A stretch of 64,000 bases of DNA from Eledone cirrhosa (taxonomy: Eukaryota). Below are positions 13,626-26,940 of this stretch, piece by piece (within the stretch, counting starts at the first letter, position 1; the number at the start of each line of letters is the position of its first letter). The notes below the pieces were generated by a model, which was not told where the DNA came from, made no database searches, and saw only the letters and a list, made by a program, of their open reading frames with translations. A program made the position numbers and the translations under genes. The DNA is taken from the NCBI GenBank assembly GCA_964016885.1, contig OZ024742.1:140368001-140432000 (forward strand). Reading direction: 5' to 3'.

Positions 13626-14079
13626 ATAATAATTGATTCTACATTTGGCACAATGCCAGCAATTAGAAGGAAAGGGGAAAGTCGATTAAATTGACTCCAG
13701 TACGTCACTGGTACTTTATTTTATTGACGCTGTAAGGATGAAAGGCAAAGCCAATCTCTGGGGATTTGAATTCAGAACGTAAAGGGCCATAGCTATATAC
13801 CTCAAAGTTTGTTTTCCAACGCCCTACCTATACTGCTAATCCAATGATAATAATAATGATAGTTTCTTTTATTGTCTACAAGAGCTTAAGATATTTGAGA
13901 AGGTTTAATGGTGATTATATCAAGCAAAAACGTTGGAAAGCAACAAAAACAATAAATGTAACAAATTTCATTTATTGTTTTTTTGTTGATTTTCAACCAA
14001 TTTACTCAGTGTAAACTCCGCTCTGTGTTGTAATTTGTCTTTGTACCATACCCAATGTCTTGGGCACTTATGACCTTAC

Positions 14080-15378
14080 ACTACCGCCTGACCGTCGTGC
14101 CTTGTCCTAAGCCTCACTTGACTGCGCTGGAGCATTTGCTCTTTCGCTTTTTGTGGAAGGGACGCGCTCCGATGGTGAGGCGGTCCATCTGCTGTCAACA
14201 CCCACTACATGGAGATCTGGGCATGCCATGGCTAACAATGTGCAGACACGCGCTCAGGCTACGACATCTCCACCTCTTCCTCGACAGTGATCAGGTGTGG
14301 TCGCCGTTTGCTAGACGCGTCTTTCCCCAGCTCATCTCCTTGGCGGAGCTGCAGTCCTGGGTCAAACGAAGACCGAGAGGGAGCGCTTGGAGACTGGAAT
14401 GTCTTTAGGCGCTCACAACCCTCGACCAATCGGGCAATGTGATCGGTGGAAACTCCACCTTGGCGTTCTATAGAGGATTAGTGGAGGGGAAGAGCGACGA
14501 CGTACTTGAGGAAACTCTAGGCGTCGACGAAAATCAACTAGCCAATCTCTTTGGAAGAACTTTTGGGCCGGGGCCTATGGACAACTTCCAGAAATCCCTG
14601 GACTGGCAGTGCTACCGAGGAGCTTTGCCAGTTCGGGATAAACTCTACAGGCATGGAGGAGCCGTCAGCCGGGCATGCCCGAGATGCGCGCAGGGCGACG
14701 AAACCGTCCTGCATGCACTCGTCCAGTGTCTGAGCATTGCTGACTTGTGGGTTTATGTCAAACACCTGCTGTCGCGTGTAGAACGGATCCGACTATCAGC
14801 TGAGTCCATCGTAAGGATTGCTCCGCCCTCTTCCTTTAGGCAGACAGTTTTTATCTGTCTGGTGGCTATGGCGAAAGAGATAGTATGGTGGACGCGTCTG
14901 AAAGGGCTGAAGACGAGCACTTACCTCTTCGGTGATGCCCTGATTAACTTTTTTCCAATTTCATTTGAAAAGGAAAATCAGGGTAGAAAGGGAGGTGCTC
15001 TCTTCTCAGCTTTTTGTTGAAAGATGGGTGAGAGAGGCAAGAATGGCCCGAGTGAATGGACCTACTCTGAGTATATGGCTGTAAATTGAAGGTGGAAAAC
15101 TGGGAGAGGACAATTGCCCTCGGTGGTCAGGGTCACCGTGGCTTTTTTTAATGGGCTTTCTCCACGATGGCCCTCGGAAGTCTCCTCCCTATTGGGGAAT
15201 TTTTCATTGTTCTTTTATTACATCCTCTGTTTTTTTTTGTTTTTTTACATGCAGAAATGCCCATTTGTAGCGTCCTGTATTGTCCTGTACTGTCCTTAAT
15301 GTCTACTTTGTGTAAACCCTTGTGGTTAATAAAGAAAGCATTATTATTATTATCATTATTATTATTATTGTTATTATT
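14080..15378 (+). mobile_element. L1/Tx1-clade LINE, 3' part of ORF2 (zf-RVT) plus 3'UTR
   Basis: FRFLWKG..GLGMP, ALPVRDKL..CPRC..ETVLHALVQC (CCHC); highly similar to 45875-46395; terminus AATAAAGAAAGC(ATT)n; contains stops and a frameshift. Confidence 0.9.
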
Positions 15379-15488
15379 TATGGAAAAATCAGTCTTCTTG
15401 GTTCAAACTCATGATTGAATCTCTTTATTCTTATTCCCAATGTTATTAACCCAATGTACTATCATTATCATTAACCCAATGTGGATTG

Positions 15489-15678
15489 GGCGGTGGATTG
15501 GCAGTATCAGTAGAGAGTCGGACACTATGCTTTGACGCATAGAGTTACGCCCCTTGTCATTCTGAGTTCAAATCGCGCCAAGGTTAACTTTGCCTTTCAT
15601 CCTTATGGGGTCGATAAAATAGAGTACCAGTAATGTACTGGGTAATTGCTGGCCTTGTGCTAAAAGTAGAAACAATTA
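15489..15678 (+). mobile_element. SINE family 2 inserted in a minisatellite, 19-bp TSD
   Basis: ATTATCATTAACCCAATGT at 15464-15482 and 15675-15693. Confidence 0.85.
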
Positions 15679-15965
15679 TCATTAACCCAATGTACTATCA
15701 TTATCATTAAACCAGTGTATTGTCAATGTTATTAACCCAATATACTGACAGTCTTATCCCTCTCCCCCAAATTGCTGGCCTTGTACCTAAATTAGAAGCC
15801 GTTATTAAGCTGGTGTTTTTAACATATTTTAAGAAAAAGATCTTCATATGAGATAATGATGAAAAATTTAAATTTAACACTTTAAAATGGACAGTTTTGT
15901 ATCATGGAAGTGGACATGGTTTCAGAAATGTTGGTATTGAAAAGGTTAAACAGAAAAACAAGAAC

Positions 15966-16037
15966 ATGACACCATTTACACATTTTAATCAGTTATAAGG
16001 ATATGACACCATTTACACATTTTAATCAGTTATAAGG
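15966..16037. repeat. 37-bp-period tandem duplication
   Basis: ATGACACCATTTACACATTTTAATCAGTTATAAGG x2. Confidence 0.9.
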
Positions 16038-17749
16038 GTTTCTAATTTAAAAGAGAGGAAAGTTAATCAAATTGACTCCAATATTTGACTGCTACTTTAT
16101 TTTATCAACTCTGGTATGATGAGAGCCACAATTAACATAGCAAAGAGGAGGGTGGGTGGAAGGTGGTGAGCTCAGAACAGGGAGAACTGGAACAGAAGCA
16201 GCAAAGTATTTTTTCCAATGCTCTAGTACTTCTGAAAACCCACCGTCTTTCTATCAACTGTAATATCTTGAATTATTGAAGCATGTTTTCATAGTTGGCT
16301 GATCATCACTTGACATTAGTCTCTCAGCCATAAAGTAACAATAGTAATGGTATTACTTAGTTCCAGCTAAGTTATCTGAGGTAAAGAAGGAAGTAGCTCT
16401 ATGCAATACTAGTGAGGATAGTTTGGTGGATAAGTAGAGTTTGGCTGAGAGAGAGGGAAGTGAAGCAATGAATTATAGAACATGAAATAGAGTCAGAGAT
16501 GAAGGTTGTGAAGAGAAATGGAATGAGATAGTGGGGCCATCTTTTGAGATAGGATGATAGGAATAGAGCCAGTGATGGTGGTTATGAAGAGAAATGGGAT
16601 GGGATAGGTGGGTCATGGGTTAGTGAAAGATGATAGTGACTGGATGAGACGAATAGAGCCAGTGATGGAGGTTGTGAAGAGAAATGGAATGAGATATTTG
16701 GGTCATGTTTTTGAGGAAGAACTGAGTGAAAGGATTTGTGGAAATGAATGTGGAAAGAAATAGAGAAAGATGATAGAGAATATGGTGAAGAGGGATGCAG
16801 AGTATAGAGCAAATGAAGAATATTGTCATGGAGCCCATATGGCTAACCCTTTTTTTAGCAAGGTGAATGGCATTAATACACTTGTAATATCAGTGAAAAT
16901 ATTAGAACTCAAGAACTATACCTTTGTGTCTGTTTTTCTGTTCATCCCACTCCTTCACTTTATCATTCTCTTTTTGAATCTTTAAAAAGAAAAAAAACAA
17001 CAACTGTGAGACAACAATTTGTTATATTTACATATCATCACCACCACCATCATGTTATGTTCACTTTTCCATGCTGGATTGGATGGTTCATTTCAGACCA
17101 AGTCCATACTTAATCAGAGCTACTTTCTTCCTAGAAGAGCCAGTTTTGGCATGGTTTCTACTGTTCAATGTTCTTCCTAATATTAACCACTTCAGAGTAT
17201 ATTGTGTGAATTTTATTGTGGCACTAGCACAAGGGGTGTCATATCCTTGATGCAACTGTCGTCCTGTCAACCCTTTGTTTGCCATGGTTTAGACAGCTGG
17301 GTGCCTTTTTTAATGCCAAACACTTTACAGAGTGTACTGGGTACTTTTTATCATGGCACAGGTCAGGCACTAAGGAGGATGTCATGCTCTTCATGTGGCT
17401 AAAGAGTCCTCTCAAACTTTTGTTTATCCCTCTTTAATACAGGGTGTATTTTATTGTGGCATGAATGCAAGGGAGGATACCATGCCCTTGATGTGACTAT
17501 AGAGTCTTCTCTACCCTTTTTGCCATAATTTCTACAGCTATATGCCCTTCCTAATGCTGACTTCTTTACAGAAGGTACTGGATGCATTTTATTGTAACAC
17601 CAGCTCTAAGGAGGTTGCCATGCCTTTTTTCCAGACTATATATCATTTCAGCTTTTCCTTCATATGTGTACCTATGGAATACTCTACCATATTCATTCTC
17701 TCACTTTCTTACATACATTCTTTTACTCCCCTCTTACATATACATTTTT

Positions 17750-18065
17750 CACTCTCTCTCTCACACACATACACTCTTCTCCCTCTCTACCTTTCTCTTC
17801 TCCTTCTCTCCCTCACACACATTCTCTTCTCCCTCTCTCTCACATACATTCTCTTCTCCCTCTCTCCCTCACACATTCTCTTCTCCCTCTCTCCCTCACA
17901 CACATTCTCTTCTCCTTCTCTCCCTCACACACATTCTCTTCTCCCTCTCTTCCCCTCACACACATTCTCTTCTCCCTCTCTCCCTCACACACATTCTCTT
18001 CTCCCTCTCTTCCCCTCACATACACACTCTCTTCTCTCTACCTCTACCCTCTCTCTCTCTCACCT
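17750..18065. repeat. CT/CA-rich ~28-bp minisatellite
   Basis: Unit CTCACACACATTCTCTTCTCCCTCTCTCC, about 8-9 copies. Confidence 0.9.
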
Positions 18066-18848
18066 CTACTTTAAATTGTTTATTTGAGTTTCCATATTCC
18101 ATCTCAAAATTAATGAGTATCTCAAAATAATTGTTTCTACTTTAGGCACAAGGCCAGCAATAACCCAGTGCATTACTGGTACTTTATTTTATTGACCCCG
18201 TAAGGATGAAAGGCAAAGTCAACCTCGGCGGGATTTGAACTCAAAATATCTCAAGATAATATTCCCTCAATGTAATTATTGTACTAATATGAACAACAAC
18301 CAACCATAGTTTGTTCATTAATCGTTAATTAATATATAATATAAAAGTGACTTACCTAGAACTAATTGAGATATTTAAACATTTTGTATCAAATTAATTC
18401 CCCTCCCCCTACTAATCTTCAATAATCTGCTGTTACACAGATGGAAATGTTGAGGAAAATAAGAGATTATCAAACTAAATGAAATTAAATTTGCTTGGGG
18501 AAGAGACTGTTATTGCCAAGCATTTTTAAGGCCCATTGAAATGCCATAATCGACACAGTCAAATGTCTAGAATGGCAGTAAATCCCAGCTGTATCCTGTA
18601 GACAACATGGAGAAAGCAAAGCTGCAGAGAAGAGTTTTAAAAAATGATTATAATACATTCAAGTAGTACTCTTTTTCTTGTTTCAGTCAAACTGTGGTCA
18701 TGCTGGAACACTGCCTTAATTCACTTATTTAAAGTGACACCAGTACTTATTTTTTTATGTTTGGTATTTATTCTATCGATCTCTTTTTGTCAAACTGTTA
18801 TGGGATACAGACATAGATGTAAACAATGACAGGGGCACACACATTATA

Positions 18849-18905
<57 letters not shown>

Positions 18906-19912
18906 CAGGCTTCTGCAGCTTCTGGTTACCAAATTTCATTCAGAAAGCATTGGTCAACTTGATGTTATAGTAGAGGACACTTGCCTAAGTTGCCATGCAG
19001 TGGGAATGAATTCAAAACCAAATATTTGCAAAGTGAACTATTTAACTAAGCCATGCCTGAACCTATCTATTGATCTTACAATTAAGGTAGCATTGTAATG
19101 TTCTTCAGTCTATGGCATTCAAGACTTTCAGTGGGTGATTTGAGTTTACTGAGTTGCTAATAACAAGGTTTTTATCATCATCATTAGCATACCTTTGTTG
19201 ATGGCAGTGCTTGGCTACTCCAGTGCCTTAACCTTGCCATTACCTGCTATAATGTTGTGGTTGTTTTAACTTGCCTCAAAATATTTTGAGGGGAAACACC
19301 AATGCTCCCTGTTGTAGCATGTAATTGAGTATGTACGCCTTCTCTCTTTCTTTCTCTGATTCATTTTTATGGATTTGTTTCCTTTGTAAATCATATTTAT
19401 TTTATAATTAGTGTTTATACTAGAAAATGTAAAGAATGATGCAGTGCTTGACTATTCCAGCGCTGTAGCCCTGCTATCACCTGTGGTAATGATGTGAATG
19501 TCTTGACACAGCTTAAAATATTTCAGAAAGAAAAACAAGTAATTTTTATTGATTTCTTTCATTTGTAAATAACAATTATTATATAAATTGTGTTTATACC
19601 AGGAAATTTAAAGAATAATATAAAATAATATAACATTTTATATTCCTGTTAGTATCTTCTTCAAATGGTTTGGTAGTATTTGTTTGTTTAGCCAGTTAGT
19701 AACAATTAGCAAACCAAACCCAGTTCTGGGATCTTATATCTGTAGCAAAATAATTGTTTCTACTTTTGGCACAAGGCCAGCAATTACCCAGTACATTACT
19801 GGTACTATATTTTATCGACCCCGTAAGGATGAAAGGCAAAGTTAACCTTGACGGGATTTAATAATGAAAAATCGATATAATCCGCAAAAAGCCTGTTTAT
19901 AACGGGTTCGAA

Positions 19913-19983
19913 ATTCTAGAGGTCTTTACTGGTCATCAGTTAGTTCATTCCTAATGTTTCTCTATATATTATATTTCACATCC

Positions 19984-20030
<47 letters not shown>

Positions 20031-20106
20031 AAATAGGATGTGAAATATAATATCTAGAGAAACATTAGGAATGAACTAACTGATGACCAGTAAAGACCTC
20101 TAGAAT
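19913..20106. repeat. Near-perfect fold-back palindrome with (TA)n centre
   Basis: ATTCTAGAGGTCTTTACTGG..CCTATTTT (TA)n AAAATAGG..CCAGTAAAGACCTCTAGAAT; 1 mismatch in ~76-bp arms. Confidence 0.95.
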
Positions 20107-20659
20107 ACCTGTCTCCACCCTCCCCTCTCTCTTTGCCAATCTGTCTGTGTGTGTGTGTGTACAGACTCTTATCTCGCTTGTCATATTGCTAGCAACATAC
20201 ATAAACATTTTTCCATATATTACTGCCCTTCTTTATAGCGTAGTTCACGAAGCTCACACACACACTACTGTTACCACCAACAACACCACCACCACCACCC
20301 TCCGTTTACAGTTATCAATAGCATACTCCTACATTCACATTACACACAGTCAACTCTTATTTTAATCATATTTCCATGTCAGCCGTGGATGTTGTATACT
20401 CCCACATTCAAAATTGATGTTTATTCCTCAGACTTAATGTTTGTGTGTGTATTTCTATCTCTCTCTCTTTCTCTATATATATATATATATATTATCTGAG
20501 TTCAAACCCCGCCGAGGTTAACTTTGCCTTTCATCCTTACGGGGTCGATAAAATAAAGTACCAGTATTACACTGGGTAATTGCTGGCCTTGTGCCAATAG
20601 TATTATTATATAATGTGTGTGTGTGTATTATATATAATTACACACATTTGTTGTTGTTT

Positions 20660-21160
20660 GAGGTTCACATGTTGTCCCTGCCTTCTATTCACAGCGCCTT
20701 TCAAAATTGAACAATTAATTAATTACCTCTTCTCTGAAACAGTGATTGACCATGGTTCTCCCCTCCCCTAGTCTACTAATTCCTGTGTGTCTGGAATCCT
20801 CCTGGAATGTTCGGTGCCAGTTGTTGCACCAGCCCTTCCACCACTTTCCCTTCTCCAGTATCCCTGACATTGCAGTCATTACATGACAAATGTAACCCAT
20901 AAAGCAAAACCAACACATCGTTATAGTGTTTTGCAGTGGGATTTGTTTCACAAATGAATTTCTCCATTTTTGACATTGTCTTTCCAAGTGACCTTGAGAA
21001 TCTTCCACAGGCAACTTTGGTTGAAAGTGTTTAACTTCTTAACCATTTTGACTGTCATACAGAATTGTTGGTAAAAATGATTGCACTATAGAGTTTGACT
21101 TTTGTTTTAGTTATAATACTTGATGTTGTTAAGATTTGGCACATGCTCTTGTGTATGGTT
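20660..21160 (-). mobile_element. Decayed RTE-clade LINE 3' fragment
   Basis: TKTKVKLYSAII and KLNTFNQSCLWKIL motifs typical of the RTE ORF C-terminal region. Confidence 0.6.
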
Positions 21161-21959
21161 CTTACCTTACCAGTTATACTGTTCACACCATTTACAACAC
21201 CTCCATCACTACCAATCACTGTTGTGTGTGTGTGAAAAACTAACCACACAATGGGTTGAGAGACATGACAACCTCCCTAGTGCTGATGCCGCTGTAAAAT
21301 GCACCCATCCCATCTTTGCTATCAGAGGAAAACGTCCTTAAGTGATGGTGATCACACACACTCACTCACACATTGATCATTTTATAGTCCGTCAATATCA
21401 ATATTTTTATCCCAACTGTTATGTGTTAACATTGCATTAAAAATGACTGTTATTGCAATACACCACCTGTTGATATTATTAACATGTTAATTACCAGAGT
21501 TGAAAAAGATTGCTTAAATGAAGGATTTTTATTCCAGATCATGATACATTTTTATGATTTTTATATCTTACCATTTAAAAGTAGGGTCTATTTGTAATGG
21601 AGAGTAGGTAATCATTTCATTTGAGTTAGTATATTGCAGATAAATACTTTTTATCACTTACACCTACACCAATGCAACTGGAAATGCTGGTATTTCCCTC
21701 TAAAAGCTTTTGAGACAAACAAAAGTACTGTTAGCTATGCCACTGGTGATAGCGAGGCTAAAGCACTGGAATAGCCAAGCATCCTCACCAGGAGCATGGT
21801 CTGATACTTTAGTAAAGTGAGTTGCCAATAATGACATAAACCTCATTGTGACCTAGCTTCTCTGAACATCTCAAATATCACTGACTGAAAAGTGAATTTT
21901 ACCGATAATCATGGTATTGTAATAGATTATTCCATTCAGCTATACTTTGAGGATGGTGA

Positions 21960-22250
21960 AAGCACATGGTTTAGTGGCTAGAGTGTTCAGCTCACAATCG
22001 TGAGGTTGTGAGTTTGATTCTTAGTGATGTGCTGTGTCCTTGAGCAAGACTCTTTATTTCACATTATTCCAGTTCACTCAGCTGGCAAAAATGTGTTTTA
22101 CCTGCATTTCAAAGGCCAACTCTCTATCACACTGAATCTCCTTGGGAAACATGTCTGCTGAATGTTCAAGCACTTGCACATTAATTTCATAGGCAGGTTA
22201 TACCATTAATCAAACTACTGGAATACTCTTCGCTAGAAGTGACGGAGATA
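21960..22250 (+). mobile_element. tRNA-CORE SINE with a different 3' tail
   Basis: Same head and CORE as 1315-1460 but a different tail; relatives at 8200-8480 and 40670-40950. Confidence 0.7.
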
Positions 22251-23980
22251 CAACACACACATTCACCTTAACGATGAAATGCCAAGAAGACTGGAAGCTA
22301 TTCTTCAATTCAGAAACATAGAAGCACCCTATTGTACATAGCTACTAGCAACACAAAACAACTTCCAAAATATGGATTTTTTTTATATTGTCAGAGGCTC
22401 CCAGATTTATATAATGGAGGTAAAAGTGATTGTGACAATTTTTCCTTCCCCAAGCCACATCACTTAAAATATTTGCTAGTTTATGTGTAATAGTTTACAA
22501 AAGATTGTTGAAAACATTTTTATCACTGCCTTAATTTTAGTTTAAAAGCAATGTCTAAAATTATTTTAGACTTGACTATTCTAGCACCTTAGCCTCACTA
22601 TCAACCGGCCTTACTGAAATATTAAGTGATGCTTCTGGTGAGAGTGCTTACCTATTCCAGTGCCTCAGCCTCATTATCATCTGCAACATTGCCTTGTGTG
22701 TTTTAGGTTGCCTCCAAATATTTTAAAGGACAACACTTGCATTTCTTGTTGCCGTGTGCAATTGAATATATATATTTTCTCCTTTTTTTTTTTCTTTCAT
22801 GGTATTTTTGATATCATAAACATTATATAAATGTTAAACTTTCTCAGGAAATCTTGTTGTTTAACCCTAGACCAACCCTGATATACCCAGCATACGATCA
22901 AGGGCATTCCAGCCTTGACAATTCCATTTGTTTTTTTGTTTTTTTTTTGTTTTAGATACAGTTCATTACGTTCAACATTATACAATGGTGTAGTTTAAAC
23001 GAGATGTGTTTGCTGTTTCTAGCAGATCAAATGACAGAGTAAATAAACCATATGGTTAGTTTTGATTGTTTAAATTCAATGAAGTCATTGACAGTAAAAA
23101 ATGACAAAACGAACATAGTTTCGTTTTTTAATAAAACCAAATAATTATTTTCCTTATAAAGAATTCTAATTCTAGAAAATATAATACTTCATAAGATTTA
23201 TATTTCAATTAATGCATCAGATGTTCCTGTCTTTACTTGGATGATACCGAAGACAAATTTAGTTGAAATAATTGTTTCTACTTTTGGCACAAGGCCAGCA
23301 ATTACTCAATGCATTACTGGTACGTTATTCTATCGACCCCGGAAGGGTGAAAGGCAAAGTTAGTTGAAATAATATAATAGTATTTCTTTCTTCATCTTGA
23401 TCATGTGCTATTCAGGGGAGCGAACTCTTGCAGTTTTATATTTCGCATTAATATCTTTGTCTTTGATTCCCCCCCCCCCCCCCACACACACACACACACA
23501 CAAACGATTCGAACATATATGAAGGAAGGAGAAGTGGTATGTTGTGAAGTTGAAGTGACATAAATAAATGCAGGGATCTTGTTGATATTAAAAATTGGGC
23601 CACTGACAGCGAAGTTCTTGTAATTGTTAGCCGCTCGCCTTACTGAAGTGTCAGGTGATGCCCGTGAGGGTGCCTGGTTGTTTCAGCGCCTTAGCCACGC
23701 AATCACCCGTGGTAATGTTGAGAGCGTGTTGGCTTGCCTCAAAGTGTTCCGTTGACCCATGTGATGTGCGGACGATTGTCGTACTTCGTGAATTGAAGGT
23801 TGTTTTTGCTTCCCCCACTGTTTTTCCATTTTTCTTTCTCTCGCTCTGGTTATGTGTTTTGGTGCATTCTTTTTGTAAGGTTCATGATGATGGCTGGTTG
23901 TATTTGTTGTATGGCTTTATATTTGTGTTTATCAACGACATGTTTGTAATGTTATTCTGAAAGAATTGTGAACAGTTTGT

Positions 23981-24134
23981 AACTGATATATATATATATA
24001 TATAAACAATCGTTCTCGGTATGGTGAACTAACTGATGTGTTACGACTTATATATATATAAGTAGTAACACAATAGTTAGTTCACCATACCGAGAACGAT
24101 TGTTTATATATATATATATATATATATATCAGTT
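23981..24134. repeat. Fold-back palindrome with (TA)n at centre and in both arms
   Basis: AAACAATCGTTCTCGGTATGGTGAACTAACT..AGTTAGTTCACCATACCGAGAACGATTGTTT. Confidence 0.95.
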
Positions 24135-24437
24135 TTATTATTCACAGTTGTATAAATATCATTTCAAATCCCTACAGAATGAAAATATAAACACATAAAA
24201 AATACAATTAATTATTGCTGGTAACCTCACATTATTTTTGGGTAATTGCTGGCCTTGTGCCTAAAGTAGAAACAATTATTTTTGGCAAAATTGGTAGAGA
24301 GTTGGATATGCTTTCCAGCATAGTTACGTCCCTTTACGATCTGAGTTCAAATCCCGCCAAGGTTAACTTTGTCTTTCATCCTTACGAGGTCGATAATTTA
24401 AAAATAAGAATTTCATACTTAGGTAAGGGTGTAAATG

Positions 24438-24501
<64 letters not shown>

Positions 24502-24759
24502 GACCTGAAAAGAGAAGGGCTCTGCCAGTTTAAAACTGCCCAAGACATAACTTACAGCCCCATTAGGAGTTAAGAGCCGGTGGATTTGTATTTCATTTAT
24601 GATTTTCTGCTACTGATTTGGCACATGGAGTTTATTACAGTAACTACTAGTATCAGTAAAACTCTTGTAATTATTGAATATTTGAGAAATTAAAACATAA
24701 TGGCGGAATATTCTTGTTAGATATATGGTCACAAACGTTTATTGTGGAAAAGAGTAGCC

Positions 24760-25250
24760 ATCATCATCAGCGTTTTACATCAGTTTTTCTATAGTTGCAT
24801 GGGTTGGACAAGTCTTTTGCTGCACAGTTTCCCTCCACTCATCGAGGTCTTTTGTCATCTTGGTTGCTTCAACGATTTGAGATCAGCTGTCACCACTTCT
24901 GCCCAGGTCCTTCTTGGCCTCCCTCTGCTTACTTCTACTGAGATTTCTTGGCATTTCTTCACCCAACAATCATCATCCATGCACATTACATATCCACACC
25001 AGTGTAGTCTTCTTTCCTGTACATTACATCTGACTACCCAGTTTTTCTCTCAGCACATCTATGCTTTGACTTTCATGCATATTAACATTGCACAACCATG
25101 GAAGTGTGCTTGCTTTATTTCTCTCCAGCCTTTGCATATCTTCTGCATTTACTGCCCATGTCTCACTATCATACAAGATCACACATCACACACAGGCATC
25201 ATACAGCTGGCATTTTGTTTGTAGAGGAAAACCTTTTGTTGTCAACAGAG
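24760..25250 (-). mobile_element. RTE-clade LINE 3' fragment (older, with deletions)
   Basis: Homologous to 63340-63830. Confidence 0.8.
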
Positions 25251-25859
25251 GTAAATGATAAAATAGTATATATCTCCAAATTTCCTGCACATATATATGC
25301 AGTTATAACCACAAGCCTTCTAGATATTACTGAAGTAAATAAACTACATTGTTTGGTATATAGTAGAATATGAGGCAAGAGAAGGGCTGAAGGAAGTTGG
25401 TACTTGGAGGATCTCAGAGAGAGAAAGAAAAAGAGAAAGATGAAAATAAGAAATAACTAGGCTGTTATAGTTTAAATCATATGAATAATTAAATAATGAG
25501 TGGGAGATTTACATTAAGTATTGAGTATTTTCTTGTTATCTAATATGGATATTGCTATTAAATATGTATAGCTTATAAACATTAGTAATTTTATTGATTT
25601 TTTTTTATACTTACAATCACTGATAGGTTTCATTCATAAGTTCCATCAATTTAGTTTCTTTTTTGTTTTGCACATGTACACATACACACACAAATATAGT
25701 GTCCAAAACGTAGTCTCTTTTCTTACTATATCAAGCATTAAACTAATATATTTCTTTATTATCCTGTGTCATTGTCTTGTTCTTTCTGTTGACTTTTTGC
25801 ATATATATATTTCCTGGCTTTGAGTAAAAGAAAATACAGAGGATCAGTTAATTATGATT

Positions 25860-25969
25860 TTATTCAACATATTCCCCTCTCAAGATTCATACACTTATTA
25901 CAGCAGCCCTTCAGTTTTTTAAAGTCCTGTAAAAAGAACTCGGAAGGTTGGGCCTCCAACCAGGCTTTC
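25860..25969 (-). mobile_element. mariner transposase C-terminal relic
   Basis: KAWLEAQPSEFFLQDFKKLKGCCNKCMNL/RGEYVE* matches the mariner C-terminal WxxxQPxEFFxxGxxKL..KCxxxxGxYVE pattern. Confidence 0.7.
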
Positions 25970-25982
25970 TCAAAAGTGCTTC

Positions 25983-26940
25983 TCACTGGGTCATTTGCAG
26001 TTTGGACATATCTACTTGTTTTGTCACTTGTACTTCTGATGCCCTTACTTTTCCTTTGATCTTCACTTTCATTTTCCCACGCACAAGTTTGTGGTCAGTA
26101 CCACATTCTGCACTATGTATTACTCTTACAGAACAGATATCCTGGAGGTCTCTCTTCCTGGTGATGATATAATCCAAGATGTGTCTATGTTTCGATCTCG
26201 GGTGTATCCATGTTGCCTTGTGGATTTCCTTTTGCTGAAAAAAAGTGTTGCACATGACCAACTCAAACTCGGTGCATAATTGCATCCTAAAACACTTCAG
26301 ATATGGTTGTCTTTTCCCACATGTGCATTAAAATCTCCAGGAAGAAAAATCTTTTCTGAGTGTTATACATGATTGATTCCTGGCTACTGTCCATGTTAGG
26401 GGCATACACTTAAATGACAGTCATGAAACATCCCCTTGAAAGAGGAACTCTCAGATGCATAATTTGATCACCAATGCCTTATGGTTATTCCAGCTGCCTT
26501 GTGCCCTCTGTATGGACAGCAAAACCTACTCCTCTATTCTTTTTTTCTCCATTAAGTTTCCCTTTCAAGAAGAACATGTAGCCAGAATTCTCCTCTGATA
26601 GATGACCTTCACCACTAAAACTGGTTTCAGTGCATATATCAATAATATACCTGCTCAATTTTCTATCAACGATAGCAGTTCTGTATTCTGGATTTGTGGA
26701 TGATTCCCTGTCAAGAAGTGTTCTAGCATTCCATGTAGCAACATTCAATGTAATTCTATTCTTTTGAAAATTCTTCTGAAAATTACTATTCTTCTTGTTT
26801 TTCCTGCGGGTATGAACATCTGTCAGCCACAAGTAGCTGACCAGCTTGTGGTGGAACAGACAATGTTTGGGCCACCTTTTCTAGACCTCTCCAAAAATTT
26901 GTGTGAGCAGTGTTCTCCCTTGAAAGGGCTGCTCAATCAC
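25983..26940 (-). mobile_element. RTE (BovB-like lineage) 5' region: AP-endonuclease, decayed
   Basis: LNVATWNARTLLD, GVGFAV, NTFFQQKEIHKATWIHPRSKH..LDYII..CGTDHKLV. Confidence 0.85.

Noticed and set aside
17542-18130. 180-aa S/L/H/T-rich ORFs (also 49924-50437)
   Set aside because: Translations of CT-rich minisatellite
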